Made by a program: the position numbers and the translations under genes. A stretch of DNA of 54,883 nt, counting the filler, from Basidioascus undulatus (taxonomy: Eukaryota): the NCBI GenBank assembly GCA_000826855.1. It is 3 parts of 3 records of this genome, joined end to end, with 100 filler letters (N's around TTAATTAATTAA, not from the genome) between each part and the next. Parts side by side here need not be neighbours in the genome. Positions count along the whole stretch, not along the records: positions 18,337 to 36,562 come from JTLS01000479.1; positions 36,663 to 54,883 come from JTLS01000480.1; 1 more part is not named here. The stretch is one strand, 5' to 3'. Positions 24,668-38,583 of this stretch are shown here, piece after piece (position 1 is the first letter of the stretch; each line of letters starts with the position of its first letter). Below the pieces are notes generated by a model that saw only the letters and a program-made list of their open reading frames with translations, did not search any database and had not been told where the DNA came from.

Positions 24668-26804
24668 CTACTCCACCGCCACGGCCGACACGCGCCGTTG
24701 TGCGGACGAGGCGAATACGGGCTCGTGGTGCGCTGTGATCGACAGCGACTCGGGGTCGGACAGCTTTTTCGACGCGAGCTTTGCGGGGGCGTCGGATTTC
24801 GAGAGCTGGAGCGTGCGGGAAATGGGTAAGTCAGCCAATGCCGCTGGGTCGTGCATGAGGGAGGAGGGAAGGTGAGGGTAACACGTACAGCCGTCCAGAG
24901 TCCGCTGCGAGTCGATGAGAGACGATGAGCCCAGCTGCGGCGCGTGAGAGCGGGAAAGGCACGAGACGCACGAGATGATGATCATTCCCGAGCCGAGCAC
25001 GCTGAGCCATTCGGGGTTCTGTCCGTAGAAGACGCGCTCGAGGAGCATGGCGATGAGGATCTGCCCGTTCATTATCAACGCTTCTGCCCCACTGCTCTGT
25101 GCTCGAACGCAACCGGCGCGGCGCACCTGCGAGTACATCGTCATGCTCGCCCTGCCCGCCCGTTCGAGGCGGAGCCCGAAGGTCATCAAGATTTGTTGGA
25201 GGAAGCAGAAGCCCGCGTACTTTGTCCGCGTCATTCCCCAGGGCATAGAGTCAGTTTCAAGTGCGCACCCCAGCCAGTCCATGTGAGATGAAATCAACGC
25301 ACCGCGAGAAGCACGACAAAAAAGCGCGAGATGAGGGATGGCGGGGGAACGATGAGAGGAATGTGCAGGATGAAGAGGCCGATGAAGGAGAGTAGCGCGG
25401 AGATGCCGGAGAAGGCGGCCATGTTCTGTTGGAGCGGTTCCAGAGGACGAGAGAAAGCGGAGAGGTTAGGAAGGGGAAAGGAGAATGGGGGTAGGGAGGG
25501 AAAAGGAAACGAACGTGGAGCGCGTGGGCCGAGGTCGAGATCTTGCGGATGGTAACCACTGCGATGATAGAGCGGCCAGTTGAGTTCCTCTGTTTGTTAG
25601 ATGCGAAAGGGCCACACGCACAGGCACCAGCGGTACCCAGCACTGAGAGCAGAGCGAATCTGTCCGGGGCGAGGGGAGATTCGGTGAGCCCGGCATCAAC
25701 AAAAGATCTATGAGTACTGAAACGCACATGACCGCCACAGCGCGCTGCTCCTCCGTCGTGCGCGACGGTGCGTCAAATGCCGTCATGTTGGCCGCCGACG
25801 CCATGGTCATGGCCGGCTCGAGGTCCTCGTCATTATCCGTGTCGTGGCCGAAGAGCGCAGCCGGGCGGGCGATGAGAATGACGCCGCCGAGGCTGACGAC
25901 TGCAAGTTCACATTTCGAAAGGAACGCAGGAGCGGTCAGCCGTAGTCCGGAGCGGAGTGTGTGCAGGTAACAGTGCAGGACGCACGACCGGCAATGGCCT
26001 CGTTGAAGCGGTACGGCTCGCGGAGGAAGAGGTAGCCGACAATGCCGGTCACGCAGGGCGCGAGGAAGCCGAGCACCTGGACGAGTCTCCGTCAGTGCCG
26101 AACCGGAGGCCTTGGAAACGTGGTCAACGCACCGTCGCGTCCGAGATCGAGAGGTACCGCAAAACGTAGGCCATGCCTGACATTCCCAAGAACCTGCGTA
26201 CAGGTATGAGCTCGCACACCCCGTACTGGAGAAGTGAGAATAAGCAGCATATCCTCCAGACGCACCCGAATGACCCCCGCAGAAGCAGGAGATGTCGGAC
26301 CTTCTTAGGCCCGAGCAGAGGATCGGGCACGCGGTAGACCAGCATGGTGAGGAAGCATAGGACCCAAACGGATGCCATTCCCACGGCGGTAACCTGTTCA
26401 GCGCGTTGGTGAAGTGTTCAGGGGTTTGACACAAATGGGAGCAGACGAACCTGGAGTGTGTGAATCCTGCTGTCGATATGGGAGAGCGTCTTGATAGAGA
26501 AGTTTGAGCCACACGCAAAGATCTGACTTATGAGGACAAGGATGACTGGTCCCATGGTTGCCCACCCCTCATCCTCAGACGCGTCTGCAAATACCAAGGC
26601 GACAAAACGAACACGCCACTCACGGCCCTTGTTCCTCCTCGACGCGGCCATCGCATTCTCCTCCGACGACGACTCTGCCGAGGGTACCAGTACGGACTGC
26701 GGCGTGGACGCGTATGACTCGTGCTGCTTTGCGCTTGCGCTACCGAGGAGAGGGGCGCGCTCGCTGTTGACGCCGACGTCCTTGTGCTGGGCAAAGCTCG
26801 ACAT
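24668..26804 (-). CDS. EamA/DMT (drug/metabolite transporter) family membrane protein, multi-exon
   Basis: SERAPLL (dileucine-like), ILVLISQIFACGSNFSIKTL, PDPLLGPKKVRHLLLLRGSFG, LRYLSISDATV, VVSLGGVILIARP, TIRKIS, GFLQQILMTFGLRLERAGRASMTMYSQ, WLSVLGSGMIIIS. Confidence 0.9.
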
Positions 26805-27907
26805 TGCAGAAATCGCGGCGGTCTGGAATGGGCAACTCGCTGAGCGCGATCGGTTGCACGTGATGTCAGCTGTTAGAGTTTACGCTAGCCAGGTGTTAGG
26901 AGAATGACAAACTTGAACCGTTCAAGAAAATATTAAGGTCGTGAAGTCGTAAATGGTCGTGAACAAGACGGTGGTATGAGGAGGTGGTGGTAGGGCGTGA
27001 AGAGGAAGATCGCAGCAGGACGACAGGAGACGAGGCGCGAGACCCGGCCCGAGTCGACTCGGTCTATCGAACGGCAAAGGAGCGGCGAGCGCAAGCGGCA
27101 GTTCGGCTGCTGAAATCCACCGTCCACAGCTAGTCGGAAATTTTCCCGTTCGCAACGTAGCAGACTTGATCGGTGGGTCACATTTGTTCTGTTCGGAAAG
27201 CGCTGAAGACATTAAATTAAAAAAAACCTCACGAAATATGGCGATGCGTTCACTTACTGTCACAATTCATCTACGCTGCTACCTTTCCAAATCGCGTAAC
27301 CCGCAACGTCTTCCAGAGTCTTCCAGAGCAGACACTGCCGGTTGAGGGTGTTAGGAAGTGTTTACGAACCACCACTGGGTTGTGTTCCCAGAATAATAAC
27401 CCAGGGAACCACTCAGACGCCTTGCTCAGGTTCCCCCGCCAAAACACACTGTCGTGGTATGTCGATCAAGGAAACGCAGTGACAAGCCGGCTTCTGTATC
27501 TTCGCCCAGGATCTCCTTCATCTACTTTGACTCTGGAATGAAGTGAAGGGGCTTTGTTTAAAAATTCCAATGTAAAAGGGTCCTTCCGCTGAACCGCTCG
27601 CAACCCAGTTGTGAAACAGCCAGCCATCTCCCCTCACAGTGGCTGACCGCGTAGCCCGTTTGCCCTTCCGCGCATTCGATCGACACGGATGTCCCTCTGC
27701 CTCGCTTGAAAGTAGGAACTGAGGTGTCAGGTGATAATTCTTGATTGCTCTTCCTTTCCCCTCACCTACAACCTTGTTGTCTGCTCGTCGACGACCGATT
27801 GACAGCTCAGCCATTCCAATTTGAAGCCGCGACCTGCGAGCAGGATGCCACTCAGCGTTCCTTTATCCCTTCTTCCTCCAAGCGGCAACCAGTCCCCCAG
27901 TGTCACT

Positions 27908-28561
27908 ATGATCCTCGTCTCTGCCTCTCGGACGTTCCTCCTCCCCTCCGTCCTCTTCCTCGTCTTCACGCTGGCCTCCGCGTCGCCTTCCCAACCTCAG
28001 CGCCGGGCCGGGGGATCGACCTTGAGCGGCATTCTTCCCAAGCTGAACTCACCTCCTTTCTTGGGCAAGCGGGACGGCGACGCCTCGATTGCGAACACCG
28101 TGCGTTACCGATCAACAGCCTTTTCCTCCTGCCCGAACTTCGACTGACAGCGGCTGACCCGTCTCCTTTTCACCAGAACGTAACTACACTCCTTTACTTC
28201 CATGGATGTGGAATCCCCTCGCAAATCTTTATTGACCCTCTTGGAACCGCAGAACGCGAACCAGGCCTTCTTCTACATGTGCGCCGAGCCTACTACCCCA
28301 CCATCTCCACCCTCACCCCCACACATGACACCCCCATTCTCACTCCCAACCGCCCCCAAACCCCGTCCAATTTGGCAGGGACACGTCCTCGCACGGCGGG
28401 ACGTACTCGTACGACGATCGACGGCGCCGCCGGCACCTCCAGACGCGGCAGGGACCCAACGCTGCGAAGTAGTGGCGACAGCGAGCGCGGGACAGCACGA
28501 CAGTCTGCGTTGGACGGCGAAGGGGGCCGGGAAGGGGGAAATGAATAAAGGGACAACTTGA
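27908..28561 (+). CDS. Small secreted hypothetical protein, frameshifted or pseudogenised
   Basis: Hydrophobic N-terminus FLLPSVLFLVFTLASA, Kex2-like KR, and two GT-AG introns. The downstream coding-like text switches frames. Confidence 0.4.
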
Positions 28562-29030
28562 AGGTGAGTAGATCTACGAGACTTGCAGTGTCTTTGCTGA
28601 CGTCCTGACGTCTGAAATTCCAGATGGACGACCGTTTCAACTGCTCGATTCGTCTTTCCATTATTTCCTTTCTTATTCATGATTTTGATTCTCTAGAGTA
28701 TTTCGTCTTTCATTCACCTCAGTCTCTACACATTTAGATACCCACTCAGCTACCCGCATGCTTGCCTATTTTTCTCCCTACTTTGACACTACCTTTCGGC
28801 CCACCTGACTGTGCGCATCCGTTCCAAATACATTTTCTCGGAACTACGTAACCCTCGCTTCAGTATTTTCCATGTTGCATGCCAGCTGTGACATTACGTC
28901 TACTTGAGCGTCCGAACACGCGTGCAGGCAGGCGGCGCACTCGACTTAGTCGAACGGAGATGCTGATTCTCAAGTCCAGAACGCGCGCTCAAGATTGGGT
29001 GTATTCTCGATTTTGCATCACGATATACGC

Positions 29031-30279
29031 TCAAACAACCTCCAGCGGATCGCGATCCGCGTCGCTGACGACGACCTCGCACTTTCCATCTTTCTCTCCC
29101 GCCTCCGCGAACACCGCGTCCAGCTCCCGCTGCAGCTTGCCCTGAAGTACCGCGCGGAGGTACCCGCGCTCGGTGTTGCTGTGGTTGGTGAGAATGATGT
29201 TCGTCCCGGACGCCAAGGCGGCGAGCAGCTCGTGCTGTTTGAGGCGTCAAGGTCAGGCGTCGATGAGGGAAGCGAGAGTGACGGAGAGAGAAGAGCGGAT
29301 GGAACGGATGGAAGCTGGAGGGCGGATGGGAACGGTAAATGGACGCACGTGCGACATCTCGCCGGTGAGGTAGAGGTCCGCAGGCGGCGCTGAGCTGAGT
29401 ACTGACCCGCCTGAGCCTGCGCAAATCGCGACTGTTCGGATCTCCGGTGTGCTCGATGCGGAAGCCAGTTGAACTGATCCAGCACGTATTTCGTGATCAG
29501 CCTGCGGCGTACACCATCAACGTCAATCTTCAGCGGCCGAAACTCACCATGCTCCAGCCCCAAATGAGCCTTCACCCTCCTAATCACCTCCGCCCTCTCC
29601 AGCGGCTGCTTCAGCCGCACAAAGCGCCCAACGCCCACGTCCGGCTGCCCAGCAACCTGCTGGATCGGCACGCACTCCTCCGCTTCGCCCAGCCCCGCGG
29701 CGAGCCAGTCGTTGATCCCGCTGACGCACGCGTCGAGCGACGTGTGCGGCGAGTACACGCTGATCCCGTGCGCGGCGCATAGGAGGAGGGAGCGCTGCAG
29801 CGGGTTCTGGAGTGTGAGGGACTTGAGCCCGCGGAAAATGGGCGGGTGGTAGGAGACGACGACGGAGGTTGTGGGGTGCTGCGGGGAGCGTTTGAGCATG
29901 AGGAGTCGAAGAAGGTGTGTGGTAAAGGTACGCACTTTGTCGAGAACTTCTTCAAGCACGCCAGAGGTGAGACTGTGACGATTGATAATCACTCAGGACC
30001 TGGTGTACCCGCGTCCCCGTCGGCTCCTGCAGGCACCGCACTCACTCGATCGTGAGCACCACTTTCCTATGCTCCTTCTTCGGCAGGGGGGCCTCTTTGC
30101 ACGAAAACCCCGTCTGTCAGCTTGTCCTTCCGTAAACACATGCTAGCAAGACTGAGCGAACCGAGCAGGAGCCCGACGTTGTCCCAGCTCTCAACGACCG
30201 AGAGCGGCGCGAGCTTGTTCATCGCGCGCGTGACGGCTCGCGCGAGTGTCAGCGGCGCGGCGGCGGCAGGTGTGGCCAT
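29031..30279 (-). CDS. NIF3: NIF3 (NGG1-interacting factor 3) / GTP cyclohydrolase 1 type 2 family protein
   Basis: LAPLSVVESWDNVGLLL, VVVSYHPPIFRGLKSLT, ISVYSPHTSLDACVSGINDWL, AICAGSGGS, TGEMSH, ILTNHSNTERGYL, C-terminal SDADRDPLEVV. Confidence 0.95.
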
Positions 30280-30624
30280 GTTGAGCGCGGTGGTCGTGAT
30301 ATATGGAATCGGAAGGGAGGAGTCCAAACTGAGACGAGAGAGGCGGGCGGGATGAGTGGGGAGGGCAAGAGAGAAGACGCGAGCGAAGCGCGAATACGCG
30401 CCCGTTTCGTCATTTCTCAGGCTGTTGGTCCAGGAGAGTAGTTGCCTGGCAACGCCACTGTTGACCTGTACAAGCATCTTGGGGTGACTGTTTGAAAAAA
30501 ATAAAAAAGGTGGTGAGACCGCCTGTTGGAACTCAGCATTGACGGCAAAGGGAGGCACTGAACAAGAGATCAACGTGTTTTCTTCCATAGGCATGAATTT
30601 TTCTGGATCTCTGAAAATTCAGGT

Positions 30625-31150
30625 CTAATCTTCGTAGTATTCGTAATCATCGGACGGCTCTTCAAGTCCCACGAACCCCCACTCCTCCCATCGCGACCCT
30701 GGATACACTACGTCGAAGTCAACAGGCCTGCCCTGCTCGTTGCGCACGACCCTGCGGGCGTACTCCGCATCCCAATCGATCGCGAGGAGACTGATACGGG
30801 AGCACCATGTCGCAAGAACGTCTGCGGCAGAAATCCTGTTCGGCGTCTTGCACTGTTTGTCCGGGTCATCTTCGAGTGCGGCAAAGTTGTCGAGCTGGAC
30901 AAGTGTACCGAAAGCTTTGGCAATGGTCTGCCGTACGATGCGAAAGATGAGCAATAAGCCGTCAGCCAGATCTTTGAAAGCTTGATTGTGTGAATTTTTA
31001 AGCAAATGAAAGGCGCACCCGCACGTGAGATGGGTGTATAGCCGCGTTCGGTGCAACAAACACCCCCAAATGAGGGAATGCGTGAGGGATGCCAGAAAGA
31101 AGGGCAAGGGCGTTGGGCTCGATGAACTCGATGTTAGCGATGAAAGCTGT
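30625..31150 (-). CDS. Hypothetical protein (start uncertain, possibly degenerate)
   Basis: Long open frame with a protein-like C-terminal half (FKDLADGLLLIFRIVRQ...WDAEYARRV...YPGSRWEEWG) squeezed between NIF3 and UTP10. No family recognised. Confidence 0.35.
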
Positions 31151-31366
31151 GTTCTGTGAGTTTGCAGGGTGAAGTGTATAGTGTTGGGATAAAAGGTAAA
31201 GGAGGGTGGGAAAGGCTCCGTCGACTCCAGCCCGCGGGTGACTTCAGGGCAGGCCTTACACCATAAGCTCATTACTGCCTCATTTGGCCTCATCGCACTT
31301 CATGAACAACCAATAGATGTATCTCTAAATGAAAAAGCAGCGCGAGGAAATATGCGACATGCAAGA

Positions 31367-34300
31367 TTACGACAAGTAAGACTCCAAGCTCTCCCCAGTC
31401 TCGCTCTCGATGCGACGAAGCAAGACCTTCGCCTTGGCAATGACCCGATCGTCGGTGTCCTCCAACAGCTCCGCAAGGAAGGACCTGTCGATCCTCATCA
31501 CGTCAGCGGCTCCGCAGATAGCTGTGTAACAAGAAAGGTACGCACGAGACAGTCTCCGGAATGAAAGAAATGAGGCTGTCGCTCATCTCCCTCCACAACC
31601 TGTCGAGCACGTCGAGCGCCGCGATGCGCACCCGCGCGTCGTCGTCGTTGCGCGTCTGCATGAGGATACTGGAGTTGATGCTGCGCAACGCGACCTCCAC
31701 ACGCGCAGCCTTGGCGAGAGCGGCAAGCGCGCGGGCGAGGGCGTCGTCTTCCTCGGAAATTGACAGAGCCGGGCCGACCGCGAGCTGTGAAACGAGTGCC
31801 GGAGTGAGACCGGCGACGCGGTCGGAGGTCCAGAAGGCTGATGAGGGAAATGTAAGTCAGCATCCGGCGAGGAAACGGCAGCGCGGTGAAGAAAGCGTAC
31901 CGCCGCCATCGTGCTCAAGTGACTTCTCAACGACGGAGAGGACCGCATGCCAGAGCTCGGCGTTGGTGACCTTCTTTGTGGGGAAGGCTTGCAGGAGCTC
32001 CTTGATGTGCTCATACGAGATGGCGGTGTAAGGCGTGATGATCGCCTAAGAACGCAGCATGTTAGTCATGCGCGGAAGTTCACGGCAGCGTGAGGACAAA
32101 CCTTGAGCTGGTCAAGGAGACGGTCGAACAGGCGGAAGAAGGTGATGAGGCGGCCGTTGGCGTGCCCGTCGTCGAATGCTGTCCAACCATATATACGAAT
32201 TAGCAACCTGGTATTCCGTGCTGTCCCACTCGGAGTGCTTACCCTGCTTGTCGCCCGCAAGCTCGATAACCGCCCAGTCGTACAGGCGTTTGAAGAGCGG
32301 GCGGAACGTCGTCTCGTTGAGCTTGATGACCATCTCAAGGAACGCCTCGATGGTGAAGCTCTCGAGCTCGGACATCTCCTGCAACGAGTCTCAGCTTGAT
32401 GAACAGAACGTTCGCGAAAGACTCAGGGGTCGAGCTCACCTCCGGCGCGAACACCTTACGCTTCTCCCACCGGAGCTCGAGCGCGCCAAGGAAGAACTTG
32501 AACAAGTTCTTGTGGTTCTCGACGACGTACGCGCGGTCCGCGGTGTGGAGCGAGCGGCGCAGCAGCGTGAGGTAGGCGAACACGCCGCTGCGGTCGCCGG
32601 CCGTGACCTGTTCCCAGATCTCGAGCATTGCGGGGAAGAGGTTCTTGGGCGGGACGCGCTTGGCGATGGCGGAGAGGAGACTGTTGAGGCTCGACGCCGC
32701 CGTGGAGTCCGTCGCGTCCAGGAGCGGCGGCTGCAGGACAGCGATAAGCACACCGGGCAGGTGCGCGCCGATGAAGGTCGGCACGGCGTTGACGAGACCC
32801 TTGAGCGCGCGGAGCGCATGCGTTTGGACGAGCTCGGACGCGATGGTCGCAGAAAGCTGCGCCTTGGCGAAGGCGACGATGTCCTTGAGCGAGGGGATGA
32901 GGCGGGTGTTGAGCTTGGCGCTGTAGAACAATGTACGTTAGCGACATGAATGCGGCTAGTAAAGATAGAAAGTAAGTTGCACGTACGTGAACGACTCGAG
33001 CACCGCCAGTGCAGCCGCAGCGCCAGCCTCGCCGGTAGCGCGACCGTATGCGAGGATGACAGGGATAGCGCGCGTGAGGACGTTGTGCTCGGCGGGAATC
33101 GCCGAGAGCGCGATGGTACGGAGCGTGTCGAGCGCGAGCTGCTGGTCCGCCGTGCGCTCGGCAGTCGACGCAGGCTTGAGAAGCGCAACGGCGTGGTCCG
33201 CACCCGCGACGACAGCGGGCGAGACATCCTCGCGGTGGGACGCCTTGACGCTCGCGAGGCGGAGGCGGAGGACCTGGAGCGCGCCGAGCTTGACTTCGTC
33301 GTCGCCCGAGGAGACTAGCGCGCTCACGATGTTGGCGAAGGCCTCGACGGAGAGGAGGTTGAGCGTGCCGCGCAGGGCAGCCTTCGCCGCCCGCTGGACG
33401 TCCGGCCCGTCGGTCGCAGCGCGGCCCTCGCGGGACAGCGAGAGGAGCGCCCGCACGATGACCAGCAGCTGCTGCTCGTACGCGGTCGGGTCGGCCTTGA
33501 CGATCTGCAGCCGCAGCTTCTTGCCCTCGAGCAGGTTCTGCGTGAAGATGAGGAGCGCGAGCGCTTGGCGTTTCTTGAGCGTCTGCTCGCTCGTCTGCTT
33601 CTCGGGGTCGCTGTGAACGGCGGAGTCAGCAATGTACTCAACTTCATAATGCAGCGCATGCTTACATCGGACGCTCTAGGAAGACCGGGCCAACATCGCC
33701 TCCGGACTGCTTCACGAGCAGCGACTCTGCCTCAGCGAGAACGCGCTCAAGCGCCTGCAAGAAGCAACGTCAGCATGATCTAACTGCAATTTCCGCGCAA
33801 AAGCGACGCACGTTGAGTTGCATGTCCGCGTCGAACGCCCCGAACAGGCTGACGGGCAGGAAGAGCGACTGGCTGGCGTCGGCGCCCTGCTGGCGGACGA
33901 CCTTGTTGAGGACCTTGTCGACAAGTAACGCGGTGACCGGCGCGAGGAAGACGTCCGCGCCGAGCGTCTCGATGAGGAACGTGAAGAGCCTGCTCGTGTG
34001 TCCATCGGAGTCAGCGCTCAAGTTTCAGAAAGGGAAAAGCGAAGGAAGACGCACAGAAGGCGGCGGTGCTTGGGGATGTGGTTCGCGGCGTCCGTGAAAG
34101 TCATCAAGAAGCTCTTGCACTCTGCATCCCGCCCAAAAATCAGCGCCTATAAAAATCAGAGTCAATTTCAGGAGAATGCATGTACCGAGCTCCAACGCGC
34201 CCGCCGAAGCGGTCTTCTCCCGGAGCGAGTTGACGACGACGGGCACGACACCCTCGATCGTCTTCTGGACGACACCGAAGCTGAACGCGTCGTCGCGCTG

Positions 34301-36562
34301 GAGGACGTTGGCGCCCATGAACGTGAAGATGGGCATGACGTTGTGGAGGACCGACTCGGGCGCGAGGCGCGCGAGCGCCGAGATGAGCAGGAGCGCCTGC
34401 TGGAATGTCTGCGGGTTCTTCGACACTGAGTGCACCCGCGCATCTCATTAGCACCAGGACCGAAGTAGCTATGAAAGCGTAAGAAGAAAGGCGCACCACG
34501 GATGCAGTTGACGACCGTGTCGACCCGGACGGTGTGCGCGAGCGGCGCCCAGTCTTGGACGGCGGCGGTCACGGCGCTAAGGAGCGAGAGGATGAGCTGC
34601 TCGGCAAAGTCGTTCTCGCTCGAGTCGACCGCGGCCGCGTGCAGCTCCGTCACCGTAGCGAGCGTCTCGAACAGGGACGTGAGGAGCGGGGCGCTCGGCG
34701 CGTGCGTCTGCGACGCGGCCCATTCAAGCACCGAGAGCAGGCGCACGTGCGAGGCGGCTTGGAGGTCCGTGGTGGTGCTGCACATGAACGATGGGTCAGA
34801 TTAAGATACGCGGGCGTGTGAAGAAGAAGACAACGCACCCTGCGGAAGCCTTCGCGCGCTTCGGAGTCGTCTCCGGAGACGTGGCCAGGCCCTCCTTCGC
34901 GAGGGCCAGGAGCGTAACGAGCGTGGGCTCGTCGAGCGGGATGCCCTTGAGCGAGTCCTTGACGAGCAGGGCGTGGTCCTGTGCCAAATAATTCATCAGC
35001 TTCTGCTTAACTTTAGAGCTGCAGTCGTGCGCCACTCACCGCCTCGGCCGACTCGGTGAGCTCGAGCAGCAGGTCCGCGAACTCGAGGCGCAGCTCGGGG
35101 GTGACCGCGGCGTACAGCCCGCGCTGGAGATGCTTGAGGACGACCTCGGTGATGCGGGAAGCTGGATGCCCTTCCGCAGGGTCAGTCTACTTCCTCAAGA
35201 AAAACAGCACGTCAGACGCACGCAGTCCCTCCGCGCCTACGAGCGCCTTCCTCAGCGTCTCCCTCGCTGTCGCATCCTGCTCCACCGTCCCCGCAGCAGC
35301 CTTATCAAAGCTGGCGAACACGAGCTCGAGGAGCTCGTCTCTCTGCGTCTGTTGCACGCGCTCGAGCGCGCGGCTCTCGTCCGATGCGGGGTCGACCAGC
35401 GCCGCAGGAAGGGGCAGGAGCGTGGCGAGGCGCGCCTTGTCGGGGATACCTTGCAGCGCGCGGAGGAGCGTCATCCGCCCGTGCGCGGAGCGCCATGACG
35501 CGATATGCGAGAGGAGGTAGTGCGTTATGGAGGACTTGGTTCTGCGTGGTTGGGAGGGGTGTCAGTGTGTGGAAGGGAGGGGAAGGGAGGGGGAGGAGGG
35601 AGAAGACGCACCGAGCCTCCTTCTTCCCCTCGCCCTTGACCTTCGACAGCGCCGCCTTATGGAAGACCCCAAGATAGCCCTTGTCCGCGACGAACGCCTG
35701 GTCCGCCTCGACGAGCTGCTTCGCGTACGCGAGCGCGTCCGCGGGCTCAAGGTACTGGACGGTCTCTGACGACTTCCCGTACACCCGATCGAACCCATAC
35801 ACCTCCACGCCCTCCCTCTTGCCCGCCTCAACAACCGCCTTCAGCGTGCCCAGCGCCGCGCGGCGCACCCGCTCCTCGGGGTCCGCGAGCGCCACGGCAA
35901 GCGCGGGGAGGAGGACCTGGAAGTCCTTCTGCACGGCGCGCAGGAATGCCTCGGCGTGCCGCAGCGCCGCGACGCGGACGTGTGTGGGCGAGGTGGCGGG
36001 AGAGGTCCAGATGGACGCGAGGAAGAGGGGCGCGCTGTCCCGCAGGGAGGTGAAGAGCTGGCGGAGAAGGGAGGTTGCGAGCGGGGTGAGGGATGACGGC
36101 GCGGCGGAGAGGGTGTAGAGGACCGTGGCGTAGCGGCGGAGAGGGGCGGTCTGTCCGAGCGCGTGGGTGTTCATGTCAGTTTCTGTTGGACGGAAGGAAG
36201 GAAGGGAGAAAGGAAACCAACGCACCTCTTCCAACTCTCGCTCCAACCACCCCACCTCCTCCTCTACCCTCACACGCCTCACCGCCTCCTCCAGCACCAG
36301 TCCCTGCACGCGCCTCATCGTCCTCGCGTGCCCAGGCTTCCCATACACCGCGTCGGCAAGCGCCTTCTCCTCGCCGCAGAGATCCTCAGCGGGGCCGTCA
36401 AGCGAGTCGAGTACAGCGAGGGCGCACGCCAGGGCGTGCTCGTTAGGCAGCTGCTTTTGGAGCAGGCGCTGGACGACGAGGTAGGCGAGCAGGCGGGAGG
36501 AGGGTAGCTAGATGAGGGTAGCGCGTACCCGAACTTCTCTTCTGCTTGGAGACGCTTGTAGA
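31367..36562 (-). CDS. UTP10: U3 snoRNA-associated protein 10 (HEATR1/BP28CT), 3' part; 5' part lost in the assembly gap
   Basis: HEAT-repeat exons; [49 protein letters not shown]28CT motif [26 protein letters not shown]-terminus [14 protein letters not shown]...GESLESYLS*. Confidence 0.95.
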
Positions 36563-36662
36563 NNNNNNNNNNNNNNNNNNNNNNNNNNNNNNNNNNNNNN
36601 NNNNNNTTAATTAATTAANNNNNNNNNNNNNNNNNNNNNNNNNNNNNNNNNNNNNNNNNNNN
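36563..36662. other. Assembly spacer (44 N + TTAATTAATTAA + 44 N)
   Basis: Same artificial linker as at 18237. Confidence 0.99.
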
Positions 36663-37969
36663 CCCTCAACCCCTCCCCCCCACGCACCGCCTCCCTCCCA
36701 CGCACTCCATTCTCACTTCGCCGTCCGCTCAAGAGCTTCTCCCGTACCTCTCCCACTACCTCAGCGGTGTCGGCCCCCACCCCGCTCCTAACGCCGCCGG
36801 CGAGCCCGCGGTCGGCTGCAGCTGAGCCGCGGGAGGTGAAGGCATTTGGACGGGCGTTCGCAAGGATGGGCAAGGTGCTGTTCCCGCGGAAGGCGGGAGA
36901 GTCTCCGAAGGCTTGCAGAAAGGATGAGGTGGGGGTTGTGAAAGGAGTGCGAGGAGAGGCAGGCGCTGGGATATGGAAGGGAGGAGGAAGCTGGTTAAGA
37001 AAAAGTAGATGATGAGTCGATGATGCTGTGATACGTTCTAATGGTCTGCCTCTGATATATTTGACGTCCTGTTTGACTTCTATCTAAGAGAAAGTGGCTT
37101 GATATTAGTGCACATAGGATTCTCACGGCACTAGAGCAGGTTGAAACGACGACTGCTGATGAAAGAAACACATCGCGCACACGGCGGCGTTCGCAGCCAT
37201 GCATGTGTCCGCTCGTCAGGCCATGCTCTTCAGAGCGAACATGCACTTTCTGAAGCCCATGCGCCACGCGCGGGCTGTTGCCTACGCGTGGTGTTGTCCT
37301 GTCAAAGCTGACCGGCTGTACCAGTACCCCAATGCCCACTCAGACCCGGGCTCATCATGATGATTTTCTCAGCCTCCTAGTATACAAAGTTTTATCGTCT
37401 ACGTAGATTGCATAATGAGCAGCGGTGACCGGGTCCCCTACGCTGCGGGAGAGCCGCCAGACTGGTTGCGGTGATCCTTCCGGGAAAGTTCAAATGCAAG
37501 GTATTCTTCTGCGACTTTCAGACCGATCGAGTCCCCGGTAAACGGGCAGGAATGAGCTAACAGTCGGAGGGACTCAGGCCCGTTCGAGGCTATGTGCGTA
37601 CCTTTTCCTGTCGGTTCTTGAGAAAATTTTGATGCTGAACCGACGGGATGGAGGGTAGGTGGCCCGGCTTTATCGGCAAGCTATGATAGGCAGTGGAATA
37701 TACCATCGATCGTCCTGCTATACCGCCTTGCAGCTCTCTCCATGCACCATGCAAACAGGTGAGTCATTGAGCTTCTGCTTCACACACTTCTTCAGTTTGA
37801 TTAGCAGTCATACAAAAGTATGAATTTCTGCGAAATAATAACATTGAAACCCACCGTTTGTTCGTTCCAGCAGCTGACAAGCGTAGAGGGCGTGAGAGGC
37901 CCGGGTCTGTAGACTTTCTTTCGTGCCTTCAACCGGCGGTGACTCGGAAATGCAAAAAGAAAGAGTACC

Positions 37970-38067
37970 TGCCCCCTGCCAGGCTCGAACTGGCGACCTT
38001 TGGATTACCCGATTATACCGGTCATGTTTCTATGAGACCACTGCGATACCAACTTCGCCAAGGAGGC
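37970..38067 (-). tRNA. tRNA-Met (CAT), elongator type, with about 25-nt intron at the canonical position 37/38
   Basis: Reverse complement GCCTCCTTGGCGAAGTTGGTATCGCAGTGGTCTCATA[GAAACATGACCGGTATAATCGGGTA]ATCCAAAGGTCGCCAGTTCGAGCCTGGCAGGGGGCA. It has G1:C72, a TTCGA T-loop and U31:U39 as in elongator Met, with a T-run terminator downstream. Confidence 0.92.
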
Positions 38068-38583
38068 TATAGCGTTCATTCTTCTCCACACCTCTCTTGT
38101 GACCGAGCGATATCAATCAGTGCTGCTCGGAAATACCAGGGAACCAATACCAGCGGATTCTGCGTCAAAGAGGAGCCCAAGTTTCCCCAGACGGTCGCGG
38201 CGTAACAACGCGAGGGTATGCACCCTCTTCCATTCGTATCACGTACACCCGTACAGCATACGACGGAAGAACATGGCACTGTACGACCTCTGCCGTTCAT
38301 AAAAACCACACATTGCTCTCCTTTCAATGAGTTATGTAGGCGTGCTTTGAAAATGGACTGAAAGGTTATCCGGGAGTCGAGGGGCACACTAGCTTTGCAA
38401 AGACTCATTGGCACACTTCAGATAGACATTTCGAACATAATTAATGCGATTGGTAGACAGCACGGTCGAAGCGGAGACATCACTTTCGCTCCCGACAAGC
38501 ACGGCATGCAGGTCCTTTCTCAGTCTCCGCCCCACTCCCACCGCGACTCATACACCTCTAAAAGCCCTCTACACCTCGAAAGC

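Noticed and set aside
32176..36507. Long plus-strand and alternate-frame ORFs over UTP10 (also 53640-54794 over KCS1 and 49768-50484)
   Set aside because: Antisense or shadow ORFs expected from GC3-rich codon usage of the real minus-strand genes.
36663..37012. Open frame directly after the second gap
   Set aside because: Possibly the 3' end of a low-complexity protein, but there is no start or motif to support a call.
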